Assembly (NCBI RefSeq): GCF_006345805.1
Contig: NC_043015.1
Span: 37,634,001-37,698,000, forward strand
From: Octopus sinensis
Taxonomy: Eukaryota
Direction: 5' to 3'
DNA: 64,000 nucleotides
The translations under genes and the position numbers were made by a program. How positions within the stretch are numbered: position 1 is the stretch's first letter; each line of letters begins with the position of its first letter. The notes under the pieces were generated by a model, which saw only the letters and a program-made list of their open reading frames with translations, ran no database searches and was not told the DNA's origin. Below, one piece after another: positions 12,923 through 26,468 of the stretch.

Positions 12923-13090
12923 GAAGTCTAAGGCACGGGCTTTCATACCGATACCGTCTACGAACTCCACTCACAAAACATTGGTTGGCTCTAGATTCTA
13001 TTACAAGCGACCTACACAATTTGCCCCGCTGTACAGTGTTGAACCTAAAACCACATGTTTACAAAGGGACCATTTAATCCACAGGGACAT
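12700..13090 (-). mobile_element. Degenerate SINE of the 61203-61608 family
   Basis: Shares blocks such as GCTAAGTTACG and CCGTCTACGAACTCCACTCACAAAACATTGGTTGG, and the internal CA/TA tract. Confidence 0.55.
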
Positions 13091-14449
13091 GGATTAAGGA
13101 AAGAAATCGTAATTATGTATGGTAGCGCTTAGACTTTTGTGAATAAATTTGATTTGTAAGGCTGGGCTTAAAGGCTGATCGATAAAATGCTGTGAGGGAG
13201 AGCGGCATATTTCTGACAGATATAATAAACTTTGAAGTGAAGGGGATACTTCATTATGCCAATAAAGTTTATAACTATATTACTAACATCATTAGTAATT
13301 AGATGAGATATTTCAATTTGATTGTGTCACTTAACTAATTAGTCAACTTTTAATCTTTATTTAATTTATTATTGTGAATTATTCGTGCGTAGTAGATTTC
13401 GGCATAATATTTATTTAAGTGATAATGTGCGCTGAATTTAAGAAGGTGAGATCTGGGCTATGGGCGAATTCTTTGCTTTCAGAAACCACTTAAATTTGGA
13501 ATTGATTTTACCAAGAGCTGAAATGTATTCTTGTACAAGATTTTCCCATTTTCATATACATATTATAATTAATTTTGCCGAATCGCCTCTTAATTAGCAT
13601 ATTCAGAATGCACTATCTTACACAAACATCAGTTCAGTGAGTGAAGATAAATTAACAATTCATGATAATAGAGCGAATTAATTAATTATAAAGATAACTC
13701 AAACTGAATTTGTATGCTCAAGATTAATTGCCCTTTAGATGAAATCTACATAATCATGGAGTATTTAAAAGTACGATTAAGATTAGTAAGGTTTACATTG
13801 ATTTAAGAGTCAAGAAATTTCCGCTCAGATATATGCATAATCGTTCGACAAGATTATCAGATTATCAGATTATCAGATTATCTATATTTGGAGAGTGAAA
13901 GAGAGAAACGGTTGCATGAGTTCCAGGAAAGCATTTTAGAGAAGAGAAAATCCATATAGCAGAATCTGAAGTTTCTGTGAAACTGAAGCATTGTGGCTTT
14001 ACAAAAGAACACACACGCATGTACATATATATATGGAGGTTGAATGTAGGTGCGTTAATGTACTAGATTATGTTTATATAGTTTTTATCTATGTTTGGAT
14101 ACGTGACTATGTATGTACTTGTACGTATCTCTTTTTCTATCTATGTTTTCTGTAAACACAAAATTGCAATGATACAAATTGTCAGTCATTCGTAATTCCA
14201 GCTACTGTTATATATAGTCTTGCTAAGGATAAAACGTGTTCTGTTCAACAGCGGCCAATGAGGCAAAAAGTCAACGAAATATCAAGATAACCTACATGGT
14301 TAACTTTTTATTATTTATGATCTAAATATATTTCAGGACAATTTTTGCTTTTGTTTTTGCTTAAGAATCATGAGTACGATACATGGTTTTATATCTATGA
14401 TAATTTTGGCATATATATATTATATATATATATAATATATATATAGCAC

Positions 14450-14880
14450 CAACATCTATCACGCCATCTGATTTCCGACAGGCAAGCTCTTTTTCCTCAA
14501 ACTGGCTCCTGCTCTCAGCTCCTTTCACATCTCCCATTTATTGATTATGCACATCTACACCACATGGCCGCCTATACTTCGGCACTTGCTCACCTGTATA
14601 CATATACACCCACCATACGATGACCGATACATAATTCATCTGTTCTGCACCTTTCCAGGCATGAACACACACCCTTGTTCCTCTCTTTCTAACTTCCCTG
14701 CTTAGAACAACATTGTCATTTGGTTTCTAATCCAACTCATTGCCCGATTTGTATTTTGCCCACTGAATATTTATCTGCTTCTCTCCTTTTGCTGATGACG
14801 GACTAACTTCCGAAACGTTGGGCATATTCGCTGACCGTTGAAGAGTTAGGCTTATAGAACATTTATTATATTTTCCTCTT
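14450..14880 (+). mobile_element. Probable PLE terminal repeat with HHR motif at 14788-14823
   Basis: A C/T-rich leader precedes CTGATGA-C-GGA(CTAACT)TCC-GAAAC-GTT. Helix I is poorly paired. Confidence 0.4.
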
Positions 14881-15482
14881 CTCATAATGTAATGTTTGCG
14901 TTCAATATATCTACCTTATATGTATATATGTATGTATATGTGCTTTTATATTTGCGAATATGTATATGTATAAAAGTTTTTTGCGTGTGTGTAAATTGGG
15001 ATGGAAAACAGGGGAAAAAGTGTGGAAGGAAAAAGAGAACGGAAAAAAAGAAGAAAAGTAGAATGCTAAACAATGCTGACACCTATGTATACATTATGGA
15101 AGCACGAAGAAAGAAAGTAAAATATTTAAACCGGAAGAATACAGAAAAAAACTAAACAGGAAGTCATAAAAGACAAAAAGAGGAAGATTGGGAGAGGAAA
15201 AGGATAGGAGAGAGAGGAAAGGAAAATGGGTGAAGAGCAAGGAGTGAAAGGGAGAGAAAACAAGGATAGGAGTGATTATTTATATGTATATGCATATATA
15301 ATTATATATATATATATATATATACGTAAACATATATGAGCGATTATTCATATATATATATATACATGGAGAGGGAGAGAGAGTGAGAGATAGAGAGAAT
15401 ACGAAGAAATTATTTTAGTAGTCATATATATCGGTTGAAGTTCGTTGCACACAAATGGTTTGGCTTCATCGTATGACAGAAA

Positions 15483-15486
<4 letters not shown>

Positions 15487-15547
<61 letters not shown>
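15487..15547. repeat. (TAG)n microsatellite
   Basis: Direct inspection. Confidence 0.95.
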
Positions 15548-15548
<1 letters not shown>

Positions 15549-15828
15549 TATTGTTGGTGGTGGTGGTAGTGGTGGTGGAGTAGCTATTTGATTGGTTTGT
15601 TTTTTACTACGCTTTACCAGTGGTGTGTCAAGACATTTTTTTCATTTTCACAATTTGGGGAGATCTATTATGAAACAGGGAAGGCGAAGGGAACAAGCAA
15701 ACAAAAATCCAATTATATTTTTATATGCTCACACTTACATACACAGATACATAAGTCAATACATATATAAATATACACACACACATAAATAAAGGACGAG
15801 ACAGACTGATAAATGTGTGTGTGTATGA

Positions 15829-15866
<38 letters not shown>

Positions 15867-15889
15867 AGTATGTATGTATGTATGTATGT

Positions 15890-16057
15890 GAAGGCACCTG
15901 GCCTAGTCGTTAGAGCAGCGGATTCGCGGTCAAGGCATCGTAGGTTCGAATCTCAGTCCGGGCGATTTGCGTGTATATGACTGAAACACTTAATCCCCAC
16001 ACGGTTCCAGCAGAAGGTCATGGTTGACACTTTCAGCATAACTCTCTCTCTCTCTCT

Positions 16058-16115
<58 letters not shown>

Positions 16116-16231
16116 AGCAGCTCACCAGCGACGCACCGGTGTTCCGTCCATGTGCGGAACCTATATACCAATGAAATCGGGGAACCGGCCCTTATGAGCC
16201 AGGCATGGCTCGAGAAGGAACAAACAACAAC
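15890..16231 (+). mobile_element. tRNA-derived SINE with internal (CT)n
   Basis: A-box TGGCCTAGTCG, B-box GGTTCGAATCTC and an (AAC)n tail. Confidence 0.7.
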
Positions 16232-16784
16232 ATACAAGCAAACACACACACACACACACATATAGACATGTATGTGCAAGTGTGTGCAGAAATACCTCTG
16301 TATGTGTGTGTGTGTGCAGAAATACCTCTGTGTGTGTGTGTGTGTTTGCTTGTATGTGTGGTTATTTGCAAATTTCTACCCGAATGAATAGTGTACACGA
16401 TTGATTTCTACATATTCCCTCTCCTAAATTTTTGTAACAAACAATCGGTAAACTCGTGACTTAGGTTAAATTCTTAGTCCATACACTTTCGCAGTTAGTT
16501 CCAATCTTCCAACCATACGATTACGTAACCAACCGCTTAAAATGCTCCAACTTTCCTAGGTGATAATTTCGAAAAAAATTATAAACTGATGTTGTTTGTT
16601 TTGTTGATATTCTCGAAAATTATATGAACGATTCACCATCATTTCTCAGTGGTTAACATCTGCCGAACCTTATATCATAAATCTTTATACTCTCATTATT
16701 TGTTTCAAGTATTTGTATGTCTATAATTAATGGGCATCAGATGCGAATTCTCTCTATATTCCTTTCTACAAAGGAACCAAAAAA

Positions 16785-16924
16785 TGGCAGTGTGGTTAAG
16801 AAGGTCACTTCGAAATCAGGCGGTTCGAAGTTCATTCCCGCTTTGTGGCACCTTGCAAAATTGGACGGGACTATTATATTCGGGGGAACCAATAACTTGT
16901 GAATGAATCTGGTAGGCAGAAAAC

Positions 16925-16925
<1 letters not shown>
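16785..16925 (+). mobile_element. SINE 5' part (61203-61608 family)
   Basis: GGCAGTGTGGTTAAGAAG..GTTCATTCCC..GTGGCACCTTG head with a CORE-like block. Confidence 0.6.
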
Positions 16926-16998
<73 letters not shown>

Positions 16999-17189
16999 AT
17001 TATAATATATATTTGTAGTTTCAGCTCGGAGCTGTGCCCATGCTGGGGCACCGCCGTTTTGCTACAGTGTTATTATTGAGAGCCCCCTGTAATATGCGGC
17101 ACTTGGTGAAGAATGGACTTTGAAGTCACTACCCAGGTTTGTATCTTTTTCCCGTGGGATAGGTTCATTGCCAAGTTACAATTATACGA

Positions 17190-17835
17190 TTTGAGGAGGA
17201 TTGCTGCGAAATCACCTGGACCACCGGTTGAGTTTGTGTCCACTTCGTCTATGGCTAGTAGTATATCTTCTTCGCTAATGTCGATGTATTCCATTGTAAC
17301 TGCCTCGCTCGTTTTTGGTGAGGCGGCAAAGAAATCCACTGGTTCGTTCACTTGTTTGTGTTCCAACGGAGTGTTAAAGACACTTTTGAACTGGTCATTC
17401 AGTATCTGACTGACCTTAGTTGGACTGTCTGAGAGGGAGCCATCCTTTTGGAAGAGGGGTCCTATCTTGCGGCGTACTGAGGCTGGTTCTATCGCATAAT
17501 GAAACAAGGCTTTGTATAACCCAGGCTACTTTGGCTGCTCTCTCTCTCTCTCACACATAGTATTGTTGCAGGGTTTTTTTCAATCTCCATCAGTGTTGTT
17601 TTTAATAGGGACTTTTCGCTACTTTTGGAATGTTGGTTGAGGTGATTTGCAAACTTCGTCCGTTGTCTTATGATGATCTTGGTCTCCCTTGGAATCTTGT
17701 TCCTATTTGTTTTGGCCTTGTGCTCTGGGACATATTTCTGACATATGGCTTACACAACAGACATGAAATATTCTATTTTCATGCCAATGCCTGGTGTGGA
17801 GTGACATTTCGGCCAGTCCTGTCTGAGAATCGCTT
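17190..17835 (-). mobile_element. CR1/L2-type LINE ORF2 fragment (linker between endonuclease and RT)
   Basis: ORF 17073..17507 reads FHYA..RRKIGPL..DGSL..ILNDQFKSVF..IDISEEDILLAIDEVDTNSTGGPGDFAAILLK. Upstream sequence translates as CQKYVPEHKAKTNRNKIPRETKII..LMEIEKK. Confidence 0.75.
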
Positions 17836-19059
17836 TTTGGATATATATATATATATATATATATATTTATTTACATATATATATAATTAGAGAGAGGGAG
17901 GACACCTGTCTCTAACCTATAAATTATATATGTATATAATGTATATACATACATACATACATACATACATACATACATACATACACATAATGTTAAGGAG
18001 AATTCAAATTGCTTCACCAATTTATGTAAACATATATTGCGCCAAGGATCGATGTATATCAGTTTTCAAATATGCAAATGTATCAATCATTATAATAGTA
18101 AATCATATTAAAAATCTATGAATACATAAATATTAAAAAAACTTTATATACATATATAAGTAGACGAATGAGATAAAGTTATAAAAGTGTAGATGTATAA
18201 AAGTTTAGCTGTACAAAGATATAGAGAGAGAGATTTAGAATTACAGTCGTGTTAAAAGGCGTTGGAGAACGGTGTTGTAAAATATATTTAAAAATAAATT
18301 TGCCCTTACGAGAAGGAGAATAAAATAAAGTCTTACGAAAAGAGCGAATAAAGAAGAATCATAATGTTGGGATTAGATTTTCAGAAGATATAAGTAACCG
18401 ATCCAAGAAAATAGGTAATCCTGATTAGATAAACTGTTGTTGGTAGTGCTCTTACGGCCGTTTCAAGGGCACATTAATCCATAGATTTTAAGGGTGTTTT
18501 TACTCCAAAAATAGGATATGTCTCCAACATCACAGCGAGTATATTAATCAGGATTCACATTTCGTAAAATGTTGTAATAGGTAGATCAGAATTAGTTATA
18601 TCGTGAGGTGCACTTATTAACAGGAAGAGGAAATGTTATACTAGGAATTATGGGAAATACAATTTCGAAAATGCAAACTCGCCTTGTTTACCTTCGTATT
18701 ACTTTGCAATACAAGTGCTTCGGTCATGTTTATAACGAATATTTGGCCGTCAGTAGACATGTACATCGACAGAACACGCAAACACACAGAACATTACGGC
18801 AAACACATAGACATACAAGCATAAGCACACACCAACACACACCCCTACAGGCATGGTGGACTCTTCTGTTGTAAACGACAGATTACGGTTTTTGCGGTTT
18901 CTGGATGAACGTCTTGCTCTGAGGATTTGTTTACGTTGCTCAAATGTTTATGCTGTACTTCGTCTCCCTCGCTCCATCAAATAGACCTTACCTACACAAG
19001 TGCACTGGGTGCCACACGTTAGAGGTCAACATGAAATGGTAGTGGTAGTAGTCGTAGTC

Positions 19060-19104
<45 letters not shown>

Positions 19105-19149
19105 TAGTAGTAGTAGTAGTAGTAGTAGTAGTAGCAGCAGCAGCAGCAG

Positions 19150-19268
19150 TAGAACAACGTGAAATGAAGTGTTTTGCTTAAGAATATAACGCACAACCTG
19201 GCCCAGGATTCGAAACCACGATTTTACGTTCACGACTGCATGCGACACCCTAACCACTGCGCTACGCG
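19150..19268 (-). mobile_element. tRNA-derived SINE head, 3'-truncated
   Basis: Minus strand reads GTAGCGCAGTGGTTAGGG..GGTTTCGAATCC..TTCTTAAGCAAAACACTTCATTTCAC. Confidence 0.65.
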
Positions 19269-19542
19269 GTGTTATATTTGTATAACACATATAACTCAAG
19301 AAGAAAGTAAGCCCAATCACACAAGGATAGATACTCACACCCACAATAATAAAAGCTTACACACACACACACACACACACACACGCATGCCCAACTGAAG
19401 CAATAAATAAATGATACAGACATTCCCAAATTCTTGAGAATGTGTATAATCCTGAACATTTGCGCATCCATGTTTACGTGTGTTTTATTATAGAGTACGT
19501 TTGAATCAGTACATATATATAATATAATATATATAATATATA

Positions 19543-19619
<77 letters not shown>

Positions 19620-20240
19620 TCTAGTGTATATGCATTTGATATTGCATGAATTTGCGTATGAAAACTTAAAAAGTGAAAAAGGAAACAAATTTGGGAAATA
19701 AGTATGAACTTACACTTTTTGAAATCTTATAAAGATGTATTGGGAAAAAACAGCTTATTTTTATTTTATTTTCTAAATAGAAAGGCAAAAATATTGTGTT
19801 ATATAATAGAATAATGTTCTCTTACCTTTAAAAAAGACTCCTTTTATATAATAGGATAATATCTACCTAAATATTAGAATAGTATTAGTACTTAACACAG
19901 TTTTCATAATATTATAAGAATGCTATTCGTACATCAGACGTTTTCAAAGAAATAAGTATTCATAATTTATTTAAACAGCGGCGTATTGAATGTCAGATAT
20001 ATACTATTATAAATTTATTGTATTTCCCCCGTGAAATACAGCCATAAAAAAGAAAACATATCTGTAACTAATTGCAAATTTCAATGAGAAAAGAGGTAGA
20101 TGGATATTTATTAATATCATATGTCTCAGGTATATGGACGGTCATAACGAAGTATGTACAACAGTAGACGTATATCTTGGTATATTCGATACCGTCTGCA
20201 TGGTATACTGAAAATGATGTTCCCAACATGTATATATACC

Positions 20241-20337
20241 TCACCTTGATCACCTTGACCGACCAGTCCGTCGGGCGTCCATTTGATACCGCTGGCCACA
20301 GCACGCTGTCCACTCCGCTCTGGATCGCTCCTTTCAT
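20241..20337 (-). mobile_element. RTE-clade LINE 3' end (5'-truncated)
   Basis: Differs from 38305-38401 by about five substitutions in ~95 nt and ends in the TCAAGGTGA tandem tail. Confidence 0.8.
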
Positions 20338-22924
20338 TTCTTCAGGCAATATGTTTACCTCTCTTGACCTTAATGGTCAAATGGCAGAAGCGACCCTCAG
20401 ACAAACATACATAATGTATGTAATTTCCATCCAGGGATTATTATTGTTACTGTACAAACAACGGATTTTACTCACTCGCCATTACATATATGGAGAGACA
20501 ATTGTTCTCTTAGTTTTACGGAAAGCACATTTCTTTTTCAAACTTATTTGTAAGAAAATTGGAAATTATAGGAAATTTTAAGGGACTTCAAGCATTGTTT
20601 GGAGGTAATAATTGGAATGAGCTTTTTTGTTTTCTTTTTTCTGCAAGTGCTGCTGGAAATTGTTAAAATGTGCGTGGGTTTTGCGTCCAATATTGCTTAA
20701 TTGTACTCTACATATTAAGCAAGAGTCAAACGTCTGCATTTTTTAAACATATATTTGTAAGTTAACACAGATCCTATTATGAGTGAACGAAATATTTTTT
20801 AATACAAACAAATTCAATCTCAGCATGAGTTATCTCCTCGTATCTCTTTATCGTAACTCACAGCATACAACCAAACAACGTCTCAGACCCATGGAACCTT
20901 GATCGAAAATCGTGTAGAATGAATAACATGGAGACAGATTATTAAAATTCTTCAGCGGTACTTTTGACAATTGGGAATTTTTCGCATGAAACTAATGATA
21001 GCATTGTTAATCCACAAATTTAAAAAAAATATGTTTATTCACTAAATGTGCTGTTGAGCTTTCATTGTCGCAACAGATCATCAATATCTTATTCACGTGC
21101 GTCTCTGTACGAACGAGTGTGTATGCATATATACATATAAATCAATGTATATAAACATATGCATGTGCGTGAGTGTGTGTCTGTGAGTGTATGTGTGTGT
21201 TCATATAAATATGTCAGTATATGTGTGTGTGTGTCCGTACTTAAATGCATATAACTTAATTATATATATGCACGCTTGAGTGTGTGTCTTTGTATGTGCG
21301 TGTGCAAGAGTTTGTTTGTTTGTGTGTGTGTGTGTGTGTACATATATATATATGTAAATATATATGTGTGCGTGTGTGTCCGTACATAAATGAATATAGT
21401 TTAATTGTATATATGCACACGTATGTGTGTGTATTTGTATGTGCGTGAGCATGAGCTTGTTTGTTTGTTTGTTGTTTGTGTGTGCGTGTGTGTGTTGTGT
21501 GTGTGCATGTGTGTGCGTGCGTGCGTGCATGTGTGTGTGTAAACGTATGCGTGTTATGTTTCGCAAATATTTTAATTTAATATTAGAAAGTGGAATTCCT
21601 TTAAACAGTTAATTTCCGTTAGGAAGTACAACAATGAAAAACGAATTATTTTGTTGATTTCTTTCTTCACTCATTTCTATATAATTAATTTGTTCTTCCC
21701 ACAATTTGGCGTTTACTGCATTATTATTTTCATCATAAAATATTCATTACATATACATATATACGTATGTATGTATATATGTATCTATGTATGTATGTAT
21801 GTATGTATGAGTGTGTATGTGTATGTTTGTGTACGCATGTAAGTATGTATGTATTTGTATGTGTATGTTTGTGTATATATGTGTGTGTATGTATATATGT
21901 ATGTATATATACATATCTGTGTGTATATATATATAAAGTATGTATATATGTATGTGTATATACAATAAAATCTGTGATTATATATATCTGTATATATATG
22001 TGTGTGTGTGTTAGTGTTTGCGTATGCAATTATTTATACATGTATCCTACATATGAATGCATATATGAGTGTATACATATGCACACACATACACACATAT
22101 TTGTATATGGTTTAAATGTACAAAAGCCAAAAAAATAGCCTATTATATACAAATAGAATAACTACGTCTGCTCACACGTATCTAATATATATATACCTGC
22201 CTGAGTATGTATAAATACACTTGCTCATATATATTTATACCACGTGTATGTGTATGTGTGTGTGTGTGTGCATAGATGTGTCTGTGTGTGTCTGCATGGA
22301 TGTGAGAAGTTTAATAGAATAGTTTTTATCTATTTGATACCTTTTTGTTAATGAATTAGTTTTTCTTAAGATATACCGAAATATCGAAAGCTACAATAAA
22401 AGACCAAATAGGGACCACTTCTACGGCACTTTTGTAGCTTGATTTTTTTCATGGAAGCCATAGATTGATGTTCTTTATTGATATAAAGATTATACGAATC
22501 ACAATAAATTTTAACTCGTAGCAATCTATTTAATGTGGGTCATCTCGGTTGACCTATTTGCAATGAATACATCCGTTCCCACTACAGATTCAGTGTTAGG
22601 TTTTAAACGTTCTTAAACTTCATTTAGGTTTTCTTTCTGTGGAAGGAGCCAAGTTGCGAATTTTGCATAAATAATAATGTATCATGCTTTATTCAGGGTT
22701 ATAAGGATAATGAGGAACATTATTATTACCTCCTCTTTCAAACTGTTTGTTGGAGTTCAACAAACTTCTGTACGCTAATAACCAGCTAGTTGGTGTTGAA
22801 TGCGGGGGTTTGTATATATGGTTCAAATGTACAAAAGACAAAAATAAAAAAATCACGACAGGGACGGGTGGGGAAATGGCAGAGACGAAGTATGAATTTG
22901 ACGCTCATAAAAATTCGGAAAGTC

Positions 22925-22956
22925 GCTGACGTTTCGAGACTGTGCTCGTCAGCAGA
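22925..22956 (-). ncRNA. Hammerhead-like motif, helix II damaged
   Basis: Minus strand reads CTGACGA-GCACAGTCTC-GAAAC-GT-C-AGC. The core and GUC triplet are canonical. Confidence 0.4.
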
Positions 22957-24285
22957 GAGGAATGACGAAAGAAAACGAAGAGGGAAAACTAATGTGCCTG
23001 GATTAACGGTTTCGCATGTCAAATAGACTGGAAGGAAGTGGTTGAAAGGAAGGGTCATGCCTGTGTGATTGTGCATCAAGTTTATGCGTTGATATTGAGT
23101 GTATTTATCTTCCAAGGCCCCATTTTTTACCGAAGTATATCAATCGCTTTGAGCAGCGTTTGATATAAGGGTTGGACTATAGTTCCCATTATTGATCGTG
23201 CGTGGGCACAACTGTAGAAGGGCTTACACGAAATTAACTCCAGGAGCTATATATGCGATCCCTCATTCTGAATGTTTCCCTGAATAACGTGAGATTCCAA
23301 ACCAGAACACTACCCTACTTCTCATGCTAGATCAAGACACGGGGAAATATGTTGAAAGAATGCTCTGTGTTTTTGTGTTGGGATTAACGGAGACTGAAAC
23401 ATGGCGGCTTTCTTTTCCAATGAAATGGATGTTTGAACAGGAGGGAAGTAAGTGATTTGGGCCGATAGAGTATAACAACTGTGTCGTCAGAAGCGTTGCT
23501 GTCAGAAAGCAAAATGCTTCAACAGGTGCCACAGGGAGTCTTGTACGGCATCAGCTAACAAGTCCGCCAATTTTCTACCCTGGATTTGTATGCTTATCAA
23601 CATAAAAAGGAAAAAAAAGGAAATGTTGAGTATGGTGGGATATGAGCTCAAAACATACAATGTCGGTTTAAATGCCGCGAAGCACTCTAACAAACACTCT
23701 ACCGACTTTAATAGATGGCCGCCATTTTGAAATACTGCACTATAATGCATCACATATCGCGAATCACACAAAAATGTTTATATATCTGTGTGTTTGTGTG
23801 TGTTTGCATGTATGTATGTATGTATGTATGTAGTATGTATGTATGTATGTATGCATGTATGTATGTATGTATGTATGCATTATGTATGTATGCGTGCATG
23901 CGCGTGTGTTTATTTAAAGGAAACGGAGAAATATTCAAGACAATCTGCGGAAATATAAAAACTACAAAATGAAAGAACGGAAGAATTTTGTCTGACGGTT
24001 CAGCCTGGTTTGTGATTTGATATTGGAAGATTTCAAGGCTTCTTTCGAAGTTGCAATATTTTAGAGACACATGAAAAGATATCTGTTCCGATCGATGCCG
24101 TATTATGTACGAAAGATCAAATGGTAAAGAAGAAGGATGGATATTTTTAATGGTATATTTATGATTTCATATCAAACAAACATTGAAATCGAGTCAATAG
24201 TTTTCTGAGAATATAGAAAGATGAGAAGAAGCGAAGAAAAAACCCTGCAAAAAATAAAAACGCGGAATAAAATTGAATATATATA

Positions 24286-24318
<33 letters not shown>

Positions 24319-24446
24319 AGAGAAATAAATGTGTCGGTGAATGAATGACTGTAAGTATTTACTTTTGTACATATGCGTGAGAAAGTGTGTATGCGTGCAT
24401 GTGTTTATATATGCATATATGCAGATAACAAATATATGTGTCTGTA

Positions 24447-24502
<56 letters not shown>

Positions 24503-24984
24503 TATAATATACATACATACATTCATATAAATAGATACATACATGCATATATACATACACACACACAAACATACACACAAGCACACACACACACACACAC
24601 ACACGCACATATGTATATATTTACATTAACTATTTCAGAAATGCACAAGCCTCAATACCTGTCATGTCTCGAACAAAAGAGCCTTGTTATCACTTTGTTA
24701 GTAAGAAGGTTCAATCCTGGAAAGTAAAGATAACCATATATATATATATATATATATTCATACGTGTGTGTGCGCGTGTGTGCGTGTTTGTATGGTTGTG
24801 TATGTGTATATATGTATATCGTATTTATGTCGTTTTATGCGTGTATATGTCTTTCTAAGTACGCATATACATGTGAGGGTGAATGTGTTTGTATATTTCT
24901 CTATTCAAGTGTACATAACGTATTTAAGTATTTAAGTATATATATATATATATATACATACATACATTTATGTGTGTGTGTTAT

Positions 24985-25796
24985 ATAAAATGATATAGCA
25001 AGCCCAAGGCACTGTGATATACCTAGGGCATTTTATAAAGAGAGGGGTAGTCTTACCAGCTGTTTCAGAGATATAAAAGATTTTCCATCATCAGAGATGA
25101 TATGAGAAAGTTTCAATAGAACGAATTAGGAAAGTTCATTATATAAGAAGTTATTTTGGAAAGGAAGAGATACAAAAAGTATAAAGGGAAACATGAGAAT
25201 AAAAATGAAATTATATGTTGGATATTAAAGTTGGTGTTCCATTATCCAAGGAACGTGTTGTGTAAAGAGGTTTTTTGTTCACGGTATGTAAATTCCGTTA
25301 GGAGTTTGTATTTCATTAATTCAAATGGATAGTGTGCAGATATTAATTCCTTCAAAAGTATCTTGTAGTGTAAATGAAATTATTTCATTCAATTAATTTC
25401 ATTTACACAACAAGGTTCTTTTGAATGAACAGCACATGAAATTAATATCTGCATATTATCCATTTGTAATAACAAAATATGAACTCCTATCAGAATTTAC
25501 ATAGACAAGGACCCTCCTTACCCATTCTACACAGCACTTTACTTGGATAATGGAACTGCAACATCCAACGTATATTTTTATTTTTATTCTCATATTTCCC
25601 TTGCTACTTCCTATATCTGTCCATTTCCAAAATAACTTCCTTGATACTGAACCTTACTATTTCCTTCTGTTGAACTCTATCATATCGTCTCTGATAATGG
25701 GATAAGTTTGTATCCATGAAACAGCTGTAAGGTACCCTTCTCTTAGTAAATGTCCTAGAAATATCACTCTGCTTTGGCATTGTTATATCATTTTAT
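24985..25796. mobile_element. ~810-bp diverged head-to-head palindrome with an HHR motif near each outer end (PLE-type termini)
   Basis: The arms align by eye from the termini (ATAAAATGATATA / TATATCATTTTAT) to an apex near 25388 at roughly 75-80% identity. HHR motifs lie at 25050-25098 (-) and 25687-25733 (+). Confidence 0.75.
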
Positions 25797-25960
25797 TTAA
25801 CGTATACATGCTCGGACTCGACTCCTCTCTCATACTGTTATGGAATCTGGAGTTAAACAGCGGTCCTTCCGTGGCACTTACATAACCTTACCTGCCTTTT
25901 TGGGTCATCCGTATAACAAAAACCTCTAATATATAATTGTGTGTGTATGTGTGTGTATGT

Positions 25961-26000
<40 letters not shown>

Positions 26001-26139
26001 CACACATATTCGATAGATTTCTGCACTCTTTCAGTTCACCTATTTTCCCTGTTGAGGCCTTGATAGGCACGTGGGTTTAACAATACCACGTATTTGTAAA
26101 GTAATATTCCGAATTACGAACACCTTATTTCCGACCAAG

Positions 26140-26468
26140 GGTTTTTAGTCGAACAAATCGACCCCAGGACTGATTCTTTCTAAGCGAAATACTTATTCTA
26201 TCGAGTCCTTTTACCGAACCGCTAGTCACGGGAACGTAAACACATCACCATCAGTTGCCATGTGACGTTGGGGGTCAAACAAAAACACAGACACACACAC
26301 ATAAATATGTGCATATATATATATGTATGTATATATACCAAGTTTCCTTTAGTTTCCGTTCACCAAACCCACTCACAAGGCTTTGGTCGGCCTGAGCCTA
26401 TTGTAGAAGACACGTGCTGCAGGTGCCTGTAGTGGAACTGAACTCGGAACCATGTGGCTGGGAAGCAA
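26140..26468 (-). mobile_element. SINE (61203-61608 family)
   Basis: Shares TTTAGTCGAACAAATCGACCCCAGGAC, CCACTCACAAGGCTTTGGTCGGCC and GAACTCGGAACCATGTGG. Confidence 0.75.

Noticed and set aside
24985-25796. A-to-I editing footprint (A-to-G bias) fixed between palindrome arms
   Set aside because: By eye the mismatches mix transitions and transversions in both directions, consistent with neutral decay.
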